A stretch of DNA of 41,312 bases from Promethearchaeota archaeon. Lineage in GTDB: Archaea > Asgardarchaeota > Lokiarchaeia > Sigyniarchaeales > SOKP01. Shown here piece by piece: positions 28,104 through 38,260 of the stretch. The first letter of the stretch is position 1, and each line of letters opens with the position of its first letter. The stretch is from positions 1 to 41,312 of the forward strand of contig JAHLWH010000030.1 of NCBI GenBank assembly GCA_019058015.1, given 5' to 3'. The notes under the pieces were generated by a model. It did no database searches. It was given only the letters and a program-made list of their open reading frames with translations, and was not told the DNA's origin. The position numbers and the translations under genes are program-made.

Positions 28104-29027
28104 TTAAAGAAGTTGTGTAGTTAAATTTTTACTTTTAATATATTCCCATGACTGATTAATATAGCGTTTATATTCTTCTATATCTTCATTGCTTAATCTA
28201 TTAAATCTCTTTTGAGTGGATAAATACTCTTCAATTGGTTTTCGCTTTGCCGGATCTAAAAGCCTTTTACTTGGGGTAGATAATGAGAACTTTCCGTTTT
28301 CAATCTCATATAATGGCCAAAATCCCGTTTCAACAGCTAATTTTCCCATTTTAATTGTATCTTTTGTGGAAAATCCCCAACCTGGTGGGCAAGGAGATAA
28401 AATATGAATATATTTTGTTCCCTTAATTTCCTTAGCTCTTTTGAATTTTGCATAAATATCTAATGGATAAGATGCGCAAGAAGTTGCAACGTAAGGAATA
28501 TCATGGGCTTCTAAGATTTTTGGCATGTTTTTTTTATGTTCTGTTTTTCCATATATTGGAGTTGTTGTAGTAAATGAACCATAAGGAGTTGATCCGGAAC
28601 GCTGAACGCCAGTATTCATATAAGCTTCATTATCATAGCAAGCATAAATAAAATTGGTTCTTCTTTCTGCCGCTCCGCTTAAACCTTGAATTCCAATATC
28701 CGTAGTCCCTCCATCACCTGCGAATGCAACACAGGTAACCTCATCATCTTTTCCCATAGCTTCCAAGGCTGCTTCAATCCCAGACGCTGAAGCTGCTACA
28801 GTAGCAAAAGGAGTATTAAGAACCGAAATTTTATCAACACTTGTAAATCCTTGCATCCCATGCAACACAGTAAGACATGAAGCAGGAACTGTAATAATTG
28901 TATTGGGACCTAGAGCTTTTAAAGCTGTGCGATATATAAGTGATAATCCACAACCAGCGCACATACGATTACCAGGTAATAAAAATTCCTCTTCAGGAAT
29001 GTCATATAATTTAACTTTATCAGCCAT
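28104..29027 (-). CDS. porB: Pyruvate/2-ketoisovalerate:ferredoxin oxidoreductase beta subunit
   Basis: CAGCG, GDGGT.DIG...YDNEAYMNTG TPP motif, PCPPGW. Por versus Vor specificity is not resolved. Confidence 0.92.
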   Translation of the reverse strand: MADKVKLYDIPEEEFLLPGNRMCAGCGLSLIYRTALKALGPNTIITVPASCLTVLHGMQGFTSVDKISVLNTPFATVAASASGIEAALEAMGKDDEVTCVAFAGDGGTTDIGIQGLSGAAERRTNFIYACYDNEAYMNTGVQRSGSTPYGSFTTTTPIYGKTEHKKNMPKILEAHDIPYVATSCASYPLDIYAKFKRAKEIKGTKYIHILSPCPPGWGFSTKDTIKMGKLAVETGFWPLYEIENGKFSLSTPSKRLLDPAKRKPIEEYLSTQKRFNRLSNEDIEEYKRYINQSWEYIKSKNLTTQLL

Positions 29028-29030
29028 TTT

Positions 29031-30287
29031 TTATTTTACCACCTCTTGCAAGAAATCTAGTTCATCAAGTTTTAATCCAATAAATTCTGTTTGTTCAGAA
29101 TATTCATTTTTTTTCTCCAAATCAATCGCTCTATAAACTCCATCGATTAGATCCTCAGCATTTACATCTCTACCACCTAGTCCTACAATATATCCTTTGA
29201 TAAACGGTCTATTTTTCGATTGGTATAATGCACTCTTCAATTCATAACAGAGAATTCCTTCATAACCATAACCGATATCTCTATCGAACACTACTATTAG
29301 TTTTGCATCTTTAAAAAGTTCCCGAAGATATTTAGTGGGAAAAGGTCTGAATAATTTTAAACTTATAAGCCCAATTTTTACGCCTTTTTCTCTCAATTTG
29401 TCGATAGCTAAACGTGATTCTGAAGCAACAGAACCAACTGCAAAAATATACATCTCGGCATCTTCTGCTCTATATGTTTTATAAATCCCATTTCCATAAG
29501 AACGGCCGAATTTTTCTGCAAATAAATCATGGACTTCTTTAACTTTTTTTATGGAATTTTCTATAGAGCGTTGAAGTGAATATCGAAACTCATAATACCC
29601 AGGTGCAGTCCCCTCCTCTCTTTTAACTATATCTGGAGTTGTAACAGGACAAACTCCCATTACAACATTCATATCTCCTAAGTTAAGATGATGCTTCAAT
29701 GGTGGTAAAAATTCATCAATTTTTTTTTGGGGTTCCAATTTAACTAACATGGAAGTATGGGATAATATATATCCGTCATAATTTACAAAAGTTGGGACAT
29801 AAACACTGGGATCTTCTGCAATTCTATATGCTTGCAAGTTAGTATCATAAATTTCTTGATTATCTTCACAAAACATTTGTATCCATCCAGTATCTCTAAC
29901 TGTGAATGCATCTTGGTGATCAGTCCACACAGACCATGGTGCTCCAACAGATCTCATAGCAATATTCATAACAATAGGTAAACGATTTCCTGCCGCCCAA
30001 CATAAAATCTCATACATTAATAATAATCCATGAGAAGATGTTGCAGTATACACTCGAACACCTGTGGCAGATGCCGCCACACATGCGGTGAGAGCAGATT
30101 GTTCTGATTCTACTCTAACCATACGCGCATTTAACTCCCCATTTTCTATAAAAAATGAAATTTTTTCAACGACTGGACTCTGTGGTGTGATGGGATATGC
30201 TGCTACAACTTGAACTCTAGCGCCCTTACATGCATTAGCTGCTGCATGATTTCCGGTCATAACTTGATATTCTTCCACGCTTGTCAC
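29031..30287 (-). CDS. porA: Pyruvate/2-ketoisovalerate:ferredoxin oxidoreductase alpha subunit
   Basis: AAYPITPQS, ESE, TATSSHGL, DG..LSHT, FRPFP, GLGGRD. Confidence 0.93.
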   Translation of the reverse strand: MTSVEEYQVMTGNHAAANACKGARVQVVAAYPITPQSPVVEKISFFIENGELNARMVRVESEQSALTACVAASATGVRVYTATSSHGLLLMYEILCWAAGNRLPIVMNIAMRSVGAPWSVWTDHQDAFTVRDTGWIQMFCEDNQEIYDTNLQAYRIAEDPSVYVPTFVNYDGYILSHTSMLVKLEPQKKIDEFLPPLKHHLNLGDMNVVMGVCPVTTPDIVKREEGTAPGYYEFRYSLQRSIENSIKKVKEVHDLFAEKFGRSYGNGIYKTYRAEDAEMYIFAVGSVASESRLAIDKLREKGVKIGLISLKLFRPFPTKYLRELFKDAKLIVVFDRDIGYGYEGILCYELKSALYQSKNRPFIKGYIVGLGGRDVNAEDLIDGVYRAIDLEKKNEYSEQTEFIGLKLDELDFLQEVVK

Positions 30288-30580
30288 AGTTCACTCTCCT
30301 CAACCATTTTTATTGCTTTTGGCGGACACACTTCCGCACAAATTCCACAACCTTTACAATATTCATAATTTATTTTTGGAGGGATTGTTCGGCTTATAAT
30401 AGGCTCGGGACAATATAACCAACAAAAGTGACAAACATCTTTATTCATTTTCACAACACTACATTTATCAAGATCTATTTTTGGCTTGAATCTACTCCAA
30501 GAACCAGTTTTTCCAGCCTCTCCCACAACTGGCTTTTGAATGGATGCTAATATTATTTCATAAACTTTTTGATCAACCAT
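30284..30580 (-). CDS. porD: 2-oxoacid:ferredoxin oxidoreductase delta (2x[4Fe-4S]) subunit
   Basis: KTGSW...P, CHFCWLYCP, YCKGCGICAEVCP. Confidence 0.92.
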   Translation of the reverse strand: MVDQKVYEIILASIQKPVVGEAGKTGSWSRFKPKIDLDKCSVVKMNKDVCHFCWLYCPEPIISRTIPPKINYEYCKGCGICAEVCPPKAIKMVEESEL

Positions 30581-30665
30581 TTTTCTTCCTTTTTATTTTT
30601 TTTACGATTTTTTTCTTAATAATTGGAATACAGACTTAAATTAGAATCAATATCAAGGATTTTTT

Positions 30666-31262
30666 TCAAAAATTGAGGAGCATAGCAAGTTTTGCTGCCT
30701 CTTCAGCAAGAGAACTGTTAGATTCTCCTTTTTTTTCCCCCATTACTTTTATTATAGCTTTTTTCATGGATTTCAAATCAATAGAGTCTAAAGCCTTTGT
30801 TAATACCCCTAAAATCGGAGTATTAACTATGGGAATATCTTCTAAATACAGATCTCTTTCAATACAAAATTTATTAATATTTGCAGATGCAATTTTTATT
30901 TTATTAGCGAGATTATAAAAATTCTTTAACGCTTCAGGTGTTTTTTCAGAATTAATTATTAATATTCCATTTTCTTTAATATTTTTAATAATATCTGGAG
31001 TAATAACCGTCTCATCTAAAACAATAGTAATATCTGGACGTTTAATTTGCGCTCGAGTCCAAATTTTTTTATTTTTTGAAATACGGGCAAATGCCTGAAC
31101 TGGAGCTCCTCTCCGTTCAGCTCCAAATGATGGAAATGCAACAACATCCTTATAGTTACCGCTTATGTAGGCTGCTTCTACTATTATTTGGGATGCTAAT
31201 ACACATCCTTGACCTCCTCGGCCATAAAAAACAATCTCAGTTATTTCTTCTGCATCCGACAT
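30666..31262 (-). CDS. porG: 2-oxoacid:ferredoxin oxidoreductase gamma subunit
   Basis: GRGGQG, FPSFGAERRGAPV, NTPILG. Confidence 0.93.
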   Translation of the reverse strand: MSDAEEITEIVFYGRGGQGCVLASQIIVEAAYISGNYKDVVAFPSFGAERRGAPVQAFARISKNKKIWTRAQIKRPDITIVLDETVITPDIIKNIKENGILIINSEKTPEALKNFYNLANKIKIASANINKFCIERDLYLEDIPIVNTPILGVLTKALDSIDLKSMKKAIIKVMGEKKGESNSSLAEEAAKLAMLLNF

Positions 31263-31422
31263 TATTTACAACTAAACTCCTATTTTTTTAAAAAAATTTA
31301 GATATTTAAGGTAATGTCTTAATGAATATTAAAAAAAAGTTAAAAATTTTTTGATAATGATATGAAAATTTTTTTATGGGTTTTCAATAATTTTTTATGC
31401 TTCTTTAATTGTATTTCAAAAT

Positions 31423-32259
31423 TTATTTAACATGGCTTTCTAACCAGTCGCTTAAATTTTTTAAAACCTTTTTACGATCATCTTCTACTTCGTTATAAAC
31501 TTCATGGAATAGTCCATCATAAATATAAGCGGTTTTGTCATCCATTATGAACAAATCTTTCAGATTTTCAGCTCCTCCCATTAATTTATCTTCTGAGCCA
31601 CATTGCATTAATAACGGAAGTTTAAGATTGCCTACAAATGTTTCTAATTTGTTAAGGGCTTTCATCATTTCATAACCAAGTTTTGTAGTAATTTTTTCAG
31701 CGTGCACCAAGGGGTCATTTTCATAACCACTTACTACTTCAGGGTCGTGACTAAGAAATTTTGCATCAATATTTGGATCGATTTTCATATGGGGGGCAAT
31801 TTTTGAGAATAATTTTGCCATAAATTTTAGGAAGCCACTTACTTCTCCACCAGTACTTGTACCTGCTCCGGAAAGAATTAATCCACTTAATAGGTTTTCA
31901 TATTTTTTCGTAAAGTAAAGGGCAATTAATGAGCCCATAGAATGACCAAGCAAAAATATAGGTAAATTTTGATGTTTTTCTTTTATAATGTCATATAATA
32001 ATTTTTGATCTTCGATATATTGATCCAAATTATCCACAAAATTTATTTCTCCCTCGGATTTACCGTGACCGCGATGATCATTAGCATATACTGCATATCC
32101 GAGTGGAATTAGCTCATTTACAATGTTCAAATATCTTCCAGAATGTTCAGCAAATCCATGTGCAATCTGAACCACGGCTTTTGGAGATTCTGGAATCCAT
32201 GCTTGATAATAAATTTTTAATCCTTTAACACCCTCAAATTCACTTTCTAAATGTTTCAT
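31423..32259 (-). CDS. Monoacylglycerol lipase / lysophospholipase (alpha/beta hydrolase), copy 2
   Basis: HGFAEHSGRY, DHRGHGKS, GHSMG, GSED, HEVYNE. Confidence 0.92.
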   Translation of the reverse strand: MKHLESEFEGVKGLKIYYQAWIPESPKAVVQIAHGFAEHSGRYLNIVNELIPLGYAVYANDHRGHGKSEGEINFVDNLDQYIEDQKLLYDIIKEKHQNLPIFLLGHSMGSLIALYFTKKYENLLSGLILSGAGTSTGGEVSGFLKFMAKLFSKIAPHMKIDPNIDAKFLSHDPEVVSGYENDPLVHAEKITTKLGYEMMKALNKLETFVGNLKLPLLMQCGSEDKLMGGAENLKDLFIMDDKTAYIYDGLFHEVYNEVEDDRKKVLKNLSDWLESHVK

Positions 32260-32378
32260 AAAAAACCTCAGTTTTTATTTGATTATTTTTTAAATAAATA
32301 GAATGGAAATAATAAAAAAGTTTTTCTCACAATTTATTATGTCTTAATCATTGAAAACTCGTCTTTTTTTTTATTACT

Positions 32379-33245
32379 TTATTTTTCTACTTTATTTTTA
32401 TTTTCAAAATTTATCACATGTTTTTCTAACCAAGCGCTAAGATCTTCTAAGACCCTTTTCCGTTCTTCTTCAACTTCATTATAAACCTCGTGATATAAAC
32501 CATCGTAAATAATAATGGTTTTATCTTCCATTTTAAATATGTCTTTAAGAATTTCTGTTCCTGCGGTTAATTTATCTTCTGAGCCACATTGAACTAATAA
32601 TGGAAGTTTAAAAGTATTCACAAATGTTTGAACTTCATTGAAATATTTTAACACCTCATAGCTAAGTCTCATAGGAATTTTATCGGTATGAACTAGGGGG
32701 TCTTGTTCGTAATTTCTTACTACTTCAGGGTCGTGGCTGAGTAATTTTGCATCAAGTCCTGTACTCATTTTCATATGTGGCGCAATTTTTGAGAAGAGTT
32801 TAGCCATAAATTTTAAAAATCTACTTACTTTTCTGCCGGCTTTTGTACCTGTGCCCGAAAGGATAAGACCATTTAACAAATTTTCATATTTCTTTGTGAA
32901 ATATAACGCAATAAATGAACCCATAGAGTGACCCAGCATAAAAATTGGTAAATTAGGATGTTGTTTTTTTATTATTTCATATAACAATTTTTCATCTTCT
33001 ACATACTGATCAAGAGAATCTGCATAATTTCTTTTTCCTTCGGATTTACCGTGACCTCTATGATCATCGGCATAAATTGCATAATCAAGTGGAACTAACT
33101 CATTTACAACATTCAAATATCTGCCTGAATGACTACCAAATCCATGTACAATCTGAATAACAGCCTTAGATGTTTCTGGAAACCATGCTTGATAATATAT
33201 TTTTAATCCTTTAATACCCTCAAATTCACTTTCTAAATGCTTCAT
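32379..33245 (-). CDS. Monoacylglycerol lipase / lysophospholipase (alpha/beta hydrolase), copy 1
   Basis: HGFGSHSGRY, DHRGHGKS, GHSMG, GSED, HEVYNE. Colinear paralog of the neighbouring gene. Confidence 0.92.
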   Translation of the reverse strand: MKHLESEFEGIKGLKIYYQAWFPETSKAVIQIVHGFGSHSGRYLNVVNELVPLDYAIYADDHRGHGKSEGKRNYADSLDQYVEDEKLLYEIIKKQHPNLPIFMLGHSMGSFIALYFTKKYENLLNGLILSGTGTKAGRKVSRFLKFMAKLFSKIAPHMKMSTGLDAKLLSHDPEVVRNYEQDPLVHTDKIPMRLSYEVLKYFNEVQTFVNTFKLPLLVQCGSEDKLTAGTEILKDIFKMEDKTIIIYDGLYHEVYNEVEEERKRVLEDLSAWLEKHVINFENKNKVEK

Positions 33246-33759
33246 AAAATAACTTTCTTCTATTAATTATTTTTCAATTAAAAAGAATTAAAATCTAAAA
33301 AAAAGCTTTGTATTATGTTATCATCTTAATAAAAATCATTAAAATTTAACGGAGATATTTTATTTAAATTAAGAAAATAGATTATTGTTTTAGAATATCT
33401 TCAAAACCATAATAATTTTTCATTTAATAAAAGAAATCGGGGAGAGGTTGGATTGCAATACGATAATGAATGGCAGATGAATCCTTAAGAATTTTGTTTA
33501 AATCAACCCTTTTTTTTATTCTTAATTTTATTTCTCATAAGTTTATACTTTTTTTTAACTCGGTTTATTATTTTTTATAATCCGAAATCTAATTATTTAT
33601 AAACTTTAAAGAGAGATTAAAAATTATTTTTCGTAAATTGGATTCCGCTTAATTGAAATTTTGATTTTTCCTATTTCTTTACTTCAAAATATTGAAACAA
33701 TATTGAAAATATTAATTCATCACCCTATCATTATTTATTAGAATGAAATTCTTATTCTT

Positions 33760-35402
33760 ATGCAACAAAATCAATTTTTTTTTGAGAATCAATCACGAAA
33801 TTTAAAAAAAATAGAAAGTGGTAAAAAAATTAATCCTAAGCGGGATACGCCTAAATCAGTAACGGGCCAGAGTTATGCAATTCGCATTGATAAAAATAGA
33901 GAAAATATAAAACAGTTTCCAAGGAAAAGCAGAATTGCTTTAAGTTTTTATATATATAAACTTTTAAACAAAAAACCCGAAATAACAAACGGATTAATAA
34001 TTGAAAAAATTTTTCTAAATATTGAGAATTCATCAAAAATTAAAGTAATTCCACTTTCAGAACGCAAGGAAATAAAAGAAAAGAGGAAAAACCGAGATTT
34101 TAAAAAAGCAATACACAAATATTTCCTTGAACTAATTGAAATTATAAGAGAACTAAGAAACCTTAATATACAGAAAAAGAAATATGCTCAGCAAGGTTTT
34201 GTAAATGAGCTTATATCTCAAGGAATTACATTGGGATTATCTCCTACATACTTAAAAGAATTTATAAAAGAACTAGTAAAAGAACTGCAAAATAAATTCG
34301 ACGATTTCAATCTCAAAGGTATTACTACAAGATGGACATACGAAGATTTACAAAAATTGGCGCAAAAAAAAAGAGGAAAACTACTTAACACTAGAGAAGA
34401 GTTTGAATCTATTAAGACACCACCATCTCATACAATATTTTTATGGGAAGGGAAAATGGTCATAAATTTAAATTAAGTCCCGCTAAGATTATGCAAGAAA
34501 TTTGGTGTCCTCAAGAGAGAAAGCAAAAACCATGGACTTATGAGAGATTGAAAGAATTGGCGAGAGAGAGAGGTTTAGAAAAAAAAAGCATTCCTGGAAA
34601 ACTCCTAATAGCCAGAGAACAATTTGAAAAATTGAAAAAAATTAAACCCCCAGCTAGAACTAAATATCTATGGAGCTGTGAAATTGAAGGGCATGAACCG
34701 TGGGAGGCAAGACCAGATAGCATTAAGGATGGAAGTTGGTGCCCTATTTGTGCACCAGCAACTCCATTGACTTATGAACACATAGTAAAATTGGCTAGGG
34801 ATATAGGAATAGAATCTACTGGAAAACCCGGCAAATTTTTAACACCTAAATATAAAGTCAATAAAATCTCAGCTAAATCAAAAAAGCATTTTCTATGGCA
34901 ATGTGGAGAAGGACATGAACCTTGGAGTGCCACACCCTCAAATATTAAGTTAGGAAGATGGTGTCCAATTTGTGCGGAATGAACTAGCGAAAGAATTACA
35001 AGATACTTTTTTGAAAGCATATTTAAAGCAAAATTTCCAAAAAGCTCTCCAAAATGGTTGCAAGAATTAACAGGTCGAAAATTACATTTAGATGGATATA
35101 ATGAAAAATTAAAATTAGCGTTTGAATTCAATGGCATACAACATTACGAACCGATATATGGGTATGAAAAGTTAATAATCCAACGAGAAAATGACGCTTC
35201 TAAAGAGTTGGCATGTGAGAAAGAAGAGGTTATTCTTATTATTATTCCTTATGATTTTGAAGGAAGAAAAGATTTCGTAGATTACGATAAAATGCAGAAT
35301 TTCATTGTTAATGAATATGAGAAAAAAACAGATAAGAAATTACCTAAATTACCTTTTCTTGATTATAGAACAAGGAATTTTAAGAGATTAGATGAGTTCT
35401 AA
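33760..35402 (+). pseudogene. Disrupted Zn-ribbon-repeat + Vsr/DUF559-like endonuclease gene (about 547 aa reconstructed)
   Basis: Three track ORFs join into one protein. There is a 1-nt deletion at about 34450 (FLWE-gg-ENGH) and an in-frame TGA at 34980-34982, followed by 25 open codons leading into LHLDGYNEKLKLAFEFNGIQHY. Three W.C..GH...WCP repeats precede the nuclease. Confidence 0.8.
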
Positions 35403-35515
35403 ATTTTCATTTCAATTTTTGTGTTTTATTAAGAGAATAATAGTAAGAATAAATTCTTGGAGTCTATTAATTTATTTTAAATACTAATTTAAATTTTTTA
35501 TTAAACTTTTCAATA

Positions 35516-38248
35516 ATGCCCATGGAAGATTGGAAAACTAAAAAATTAACTCCTATGATGGAACACTGGAGATCAATAAAGTCAAGGTTTCCCGATGAGT
35601 TAGTGGCTTATAGGATGGGGGATTTCTTTGAATTTTTTTACCAAGATGCGGTTAGAGTATCAAAGCTCTTAGGTATCACGCTCACAAAAAGAACATTTGG
35701 AGGAAAAGACTCATATCCGTTAGCAGGCATTCCACATCATTCTGGAAATTATTTTAAAAATCTTGTTAATTTAGGAGAAACTGTTGTAATCGTAGAACAG
35801 CTGGAGGACCCAGCAGATGCTAGAGGACGAATTGTTAAACGAGGTATCGTGAGGATAATGTCACCTGGAACAATTATCGAATCGGACATGTTAAAAACAA
35901 ATGAGAATAATTACATTTCTTCAATAATTAAAGGTAAAAAAGGCTATGGTATTGCATTTGCCGACTTATCAACTGGAGAATTTTCAACCACTCAATTCGA
36001 ATCTAAAGAAGGTATTGCTGAAGAAGATCTTTTCGCGATTTTTTCTCGTTATAGTCCTGTTGAGCTTATATTACCATTAAACCTCTATCAGGATGACGAT
36101 TTCATAATTAAAATCAAAGATATTAGTAAATGCATTATAAAGGAATTTCAGGATTATGTTTTTGAATATGAAAATGGATATTCGATAATTATTAAGCATT
36201 TTAATTTAAGCAATCTAGAATCTTTTGATTTAGAAAATTTACAAATGGCAGTGCAAGCCTCTGGTGGTTTATTAGCATTTTTAAAGGAAACTCAAAGAGA
36301 TGTTATACCAAATATTTTTCAAATTAAGGTTATTAAACAAAAGGAAGTATTAAATTTAGATTATTCAACTCAGAGAAATTTAGAACTATTAAGGAATATT
36401 AGGGACCGAGGAAAAGATGCAACACTTTTTTCCATTTTTAATCATACTCAAACACCTATGGGTGGTCGTTTATTAGCTAAAATTATTGTAGAACCACTTA
36501 TAAATAAAGATCAAATTAACCAACGATTAGAAATCGTTCAAAAATTTAAGGATGATGTTTTTTTAAGGTCTGATCTTAGGGATAAACTTGAGAAAATGGG
36601 GGATCTTGAGCGAATTATTAATAAGATTAATTATTCTCGTTCCGCAAATGCGAGAGATTTATTAAATTTGAAAAATTCTCTCGAAATAATTCCAGAAATT
36701 ATAGACTTGTTAAAAAAAGGAAAAACTCCAGAGTTAGAAAGTTTTTTAAAAAAAATTAAAGATTTTTCGGTAATTCGAGACTTAATTAAGAATTCCATTG
36801 CAGAAAATCCTCCAACTACCATAAAAGAAGGCGAAATAATTAAAGAAGGTTATAATGAAACGGTTGATGAGTATCGAAACATAATCAATAATGGAAAAAG
36901 TTGGATGTTAAAATTTGAGAAATCGTTAAAACGACGTTTTGCTATACAAACTGGGATTAAGGTATCACATAATAATATTTTGGGATATTTTATAGAAATT
37001 ACTCATGCTACCAAATCTAAAATCAGAAATTTTCCCGAAGAATTTATTTCAAGGCAATCCATTAAAAATGCTGTAAGATATAAAAGTAAAGAATTAAACG
37101 AATGGGAGGAAAAGATTCTAACAGCTGAGGAGTCAATTAATGATTTGGAATTTCAAATGTTTTCAGAAATACGAGAGAAAGTAGTTATGCAAACTGTTGA
37201 TATTGGAGATGTTTCTGAATCAATTGCAATGATTGATGTATTATGTACTTTTGCTGAAATAGCAGAAAAATATGATTATTGCAGACCGATTATGCGAGAT
37301 GATGATAGAATTATTATTAATGAAGGGCGTCATCCCATTGTTGAGCAAATTAATTTTTCGGAACCCTTTATTCCTAATGATTGCTATATGGATACGGAGA
37401 AAGAACAGATATTAATTATAACTGGACCGAATATGGCGGGAAAATCAACTTTTTTAAGGCAGGTTGCATTAATTTGTTTGATTGCACAAATGGGGAGTTT
37501 TATTCCAGCGAAATCGGCAGAAATTGGTATTATTGATAGAATTTTTACAAGAATTGGAGCATCGGATGATCTTGCGAGACGATTAAGTACTTTCATGATA
37601 GAAATGAACGAAACTGCAAAAATCCTTAATTATTCTACTCCAAAAAGCCTTATAATCATTGATGAGTTAGGGAGAGGGACATCATCCTCAGATGGAGGCG
37701 CAATAGCAATAGCAACTTTAGAAAAATTACATTCCATGAAAGTAAAAACTCTATTTTCTACTCATTTCCACCAACTAACAGAAATTAAACTTCCTCGAGT
37801 AAAGAATTATCATTTAGATATAAAGGAAGATGAGGATGGTAACATAACATTTATTAGAAAAGTTCAAGAAGGAAGTACAGATAAATCGTATGGCATACAT
37901 ATTGCACGACTTGCCGGGATCCCAGAAGATACTATTATAAGAGCTTTTAAGGTCCTTGAACAGATAGAAAAAAATGATACTTTTAGAGAAACAATTAGAA
38001 ATGGAAATAAAATAAAAAAGGAGACTCCTAAACCTAGGAAAAAAGAAATAAAAAAACCCGGGAAAACTGTGCAAACATCATTCTTTAAGCCAATTGTGAA
38101 AATAAAACATGAGATAAGTGAAGAATATATTAAATTATTTGAAATTATTTATAATGTCGATATTGATAATATCACTCCACTAAAAGCAATAGAGAAATTA
38201 AGCGAAATAAAAAAAAAAATTGAAGATATTGAATCTAATAATCACTAG
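35516..38248 (+). CDS. mutS: DNA mismatch repair protein MutS (MutS1)
   Basis: TPMM, RMGDFFEFF, GRHP, TGPNMAGKST, STFMIEM, DELGRGT, STH, SYGI. Confidence 0.97.
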   Translation: MPMEDWKTKKLTPMMEHWRSIKSRFPDELVAYRMGDFFEFFYQDAVRVSKLLGITLTKRTFGGKDSYPLAGIPHHSGNYFKNLVNLGETVVIVEQLEDPADARGRIVKRGIVRIMSPGTIIESDMLKTNENNYISSIIKGKKGYGIAFADLSTGEFSTTQFESKEGIAEEDLFAIFSRYSPVELILPLNLYQDDDFIIKIKDISKCIIKEFQDYVFEYENGYSIIIKHFNLSNLESFDLENLQMAVQASGGLLAFLKETQRDVIPNIFQIKVIKQKEVLNLDYSTQRNLELLRNIRDRGKDATLFSIFNHTQTPMGGRLLAKIIVEPLINKDQINQRLEIVQKFKDDVFLRSDLRDKLEKMGDLERIINKINYSRSANARDLLNLKNSLEIIPEIIDLLKKGKTPELESFLKKIKDFSVIRDLIKNSIAENPPTTIKEGEIIKEGYNETVDEYRNIINNGKSWMLKFEKSLKRRFAIQTGIKVSHNNILGYFIEITHATKSKIRNFPEEFISRQSIKNAVRYKSKELNEWEEKILTAEESINDLEFQMFSEIREKVVMQTVDIGDVSESIAMIDVLCTFAEIAEKYDYCRPIMRDDDRIIINEGRHPIVEQINFSEPFIPNDCYMDTEKEQILIITGPNMAGKSTFLRQVALICLIAQMGSFIPAKSAEIGIIDRIFTRIGASDDLARRLSTFMIEMNETAKILNYSTPKSLIIIDELGRGTSSSDGGAIAIATLEKLHSMKVKTLFSTHFHQLTEIKLPRVKNYHLDIKEDEDGNITFIRKVQEGSTDKSYGIHIARLAGIPEDTIIRAFKVLEQIEKNDTFRETIRNGNKIKKETPKPRKKEIKKPGKTVQTSFFKPIVKIKHEISEEYIKLFEIIYNVDIDNITPLKAIEKLSEIKKKIEDIESNNH

Positions 38249-38260
38249 AGGTAATTTATT

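Noticed and set aside
33683-33713. AATATTGAAA direct repeat (11-bp period) with embedded palindromes upstream of the nuclease pseudogene
   Set aside because: Only two copies of an almost purely A/T word; cannot be distinguished from background without comparative data. Not a CRISPR array.
34416-34476. Programmed -1 frameshift joining the first two nuclease ORFs
   Set aside because: The GGGAAAA heptamer is not in the required frame, the T-run is too short, and the lesion destroys a repeat cysteine, which fits decay or sequencing error better.
34980-34982. In-frame TGA read as selenocysteine (Lokiarchaeia encode Sec)
   Set aside because: The position is not a Cys of the CxxC motif, no SECIS-like AUGA..AA..GA hairpin is visible in 35403-35515, and the same gene has an independent frameshift.
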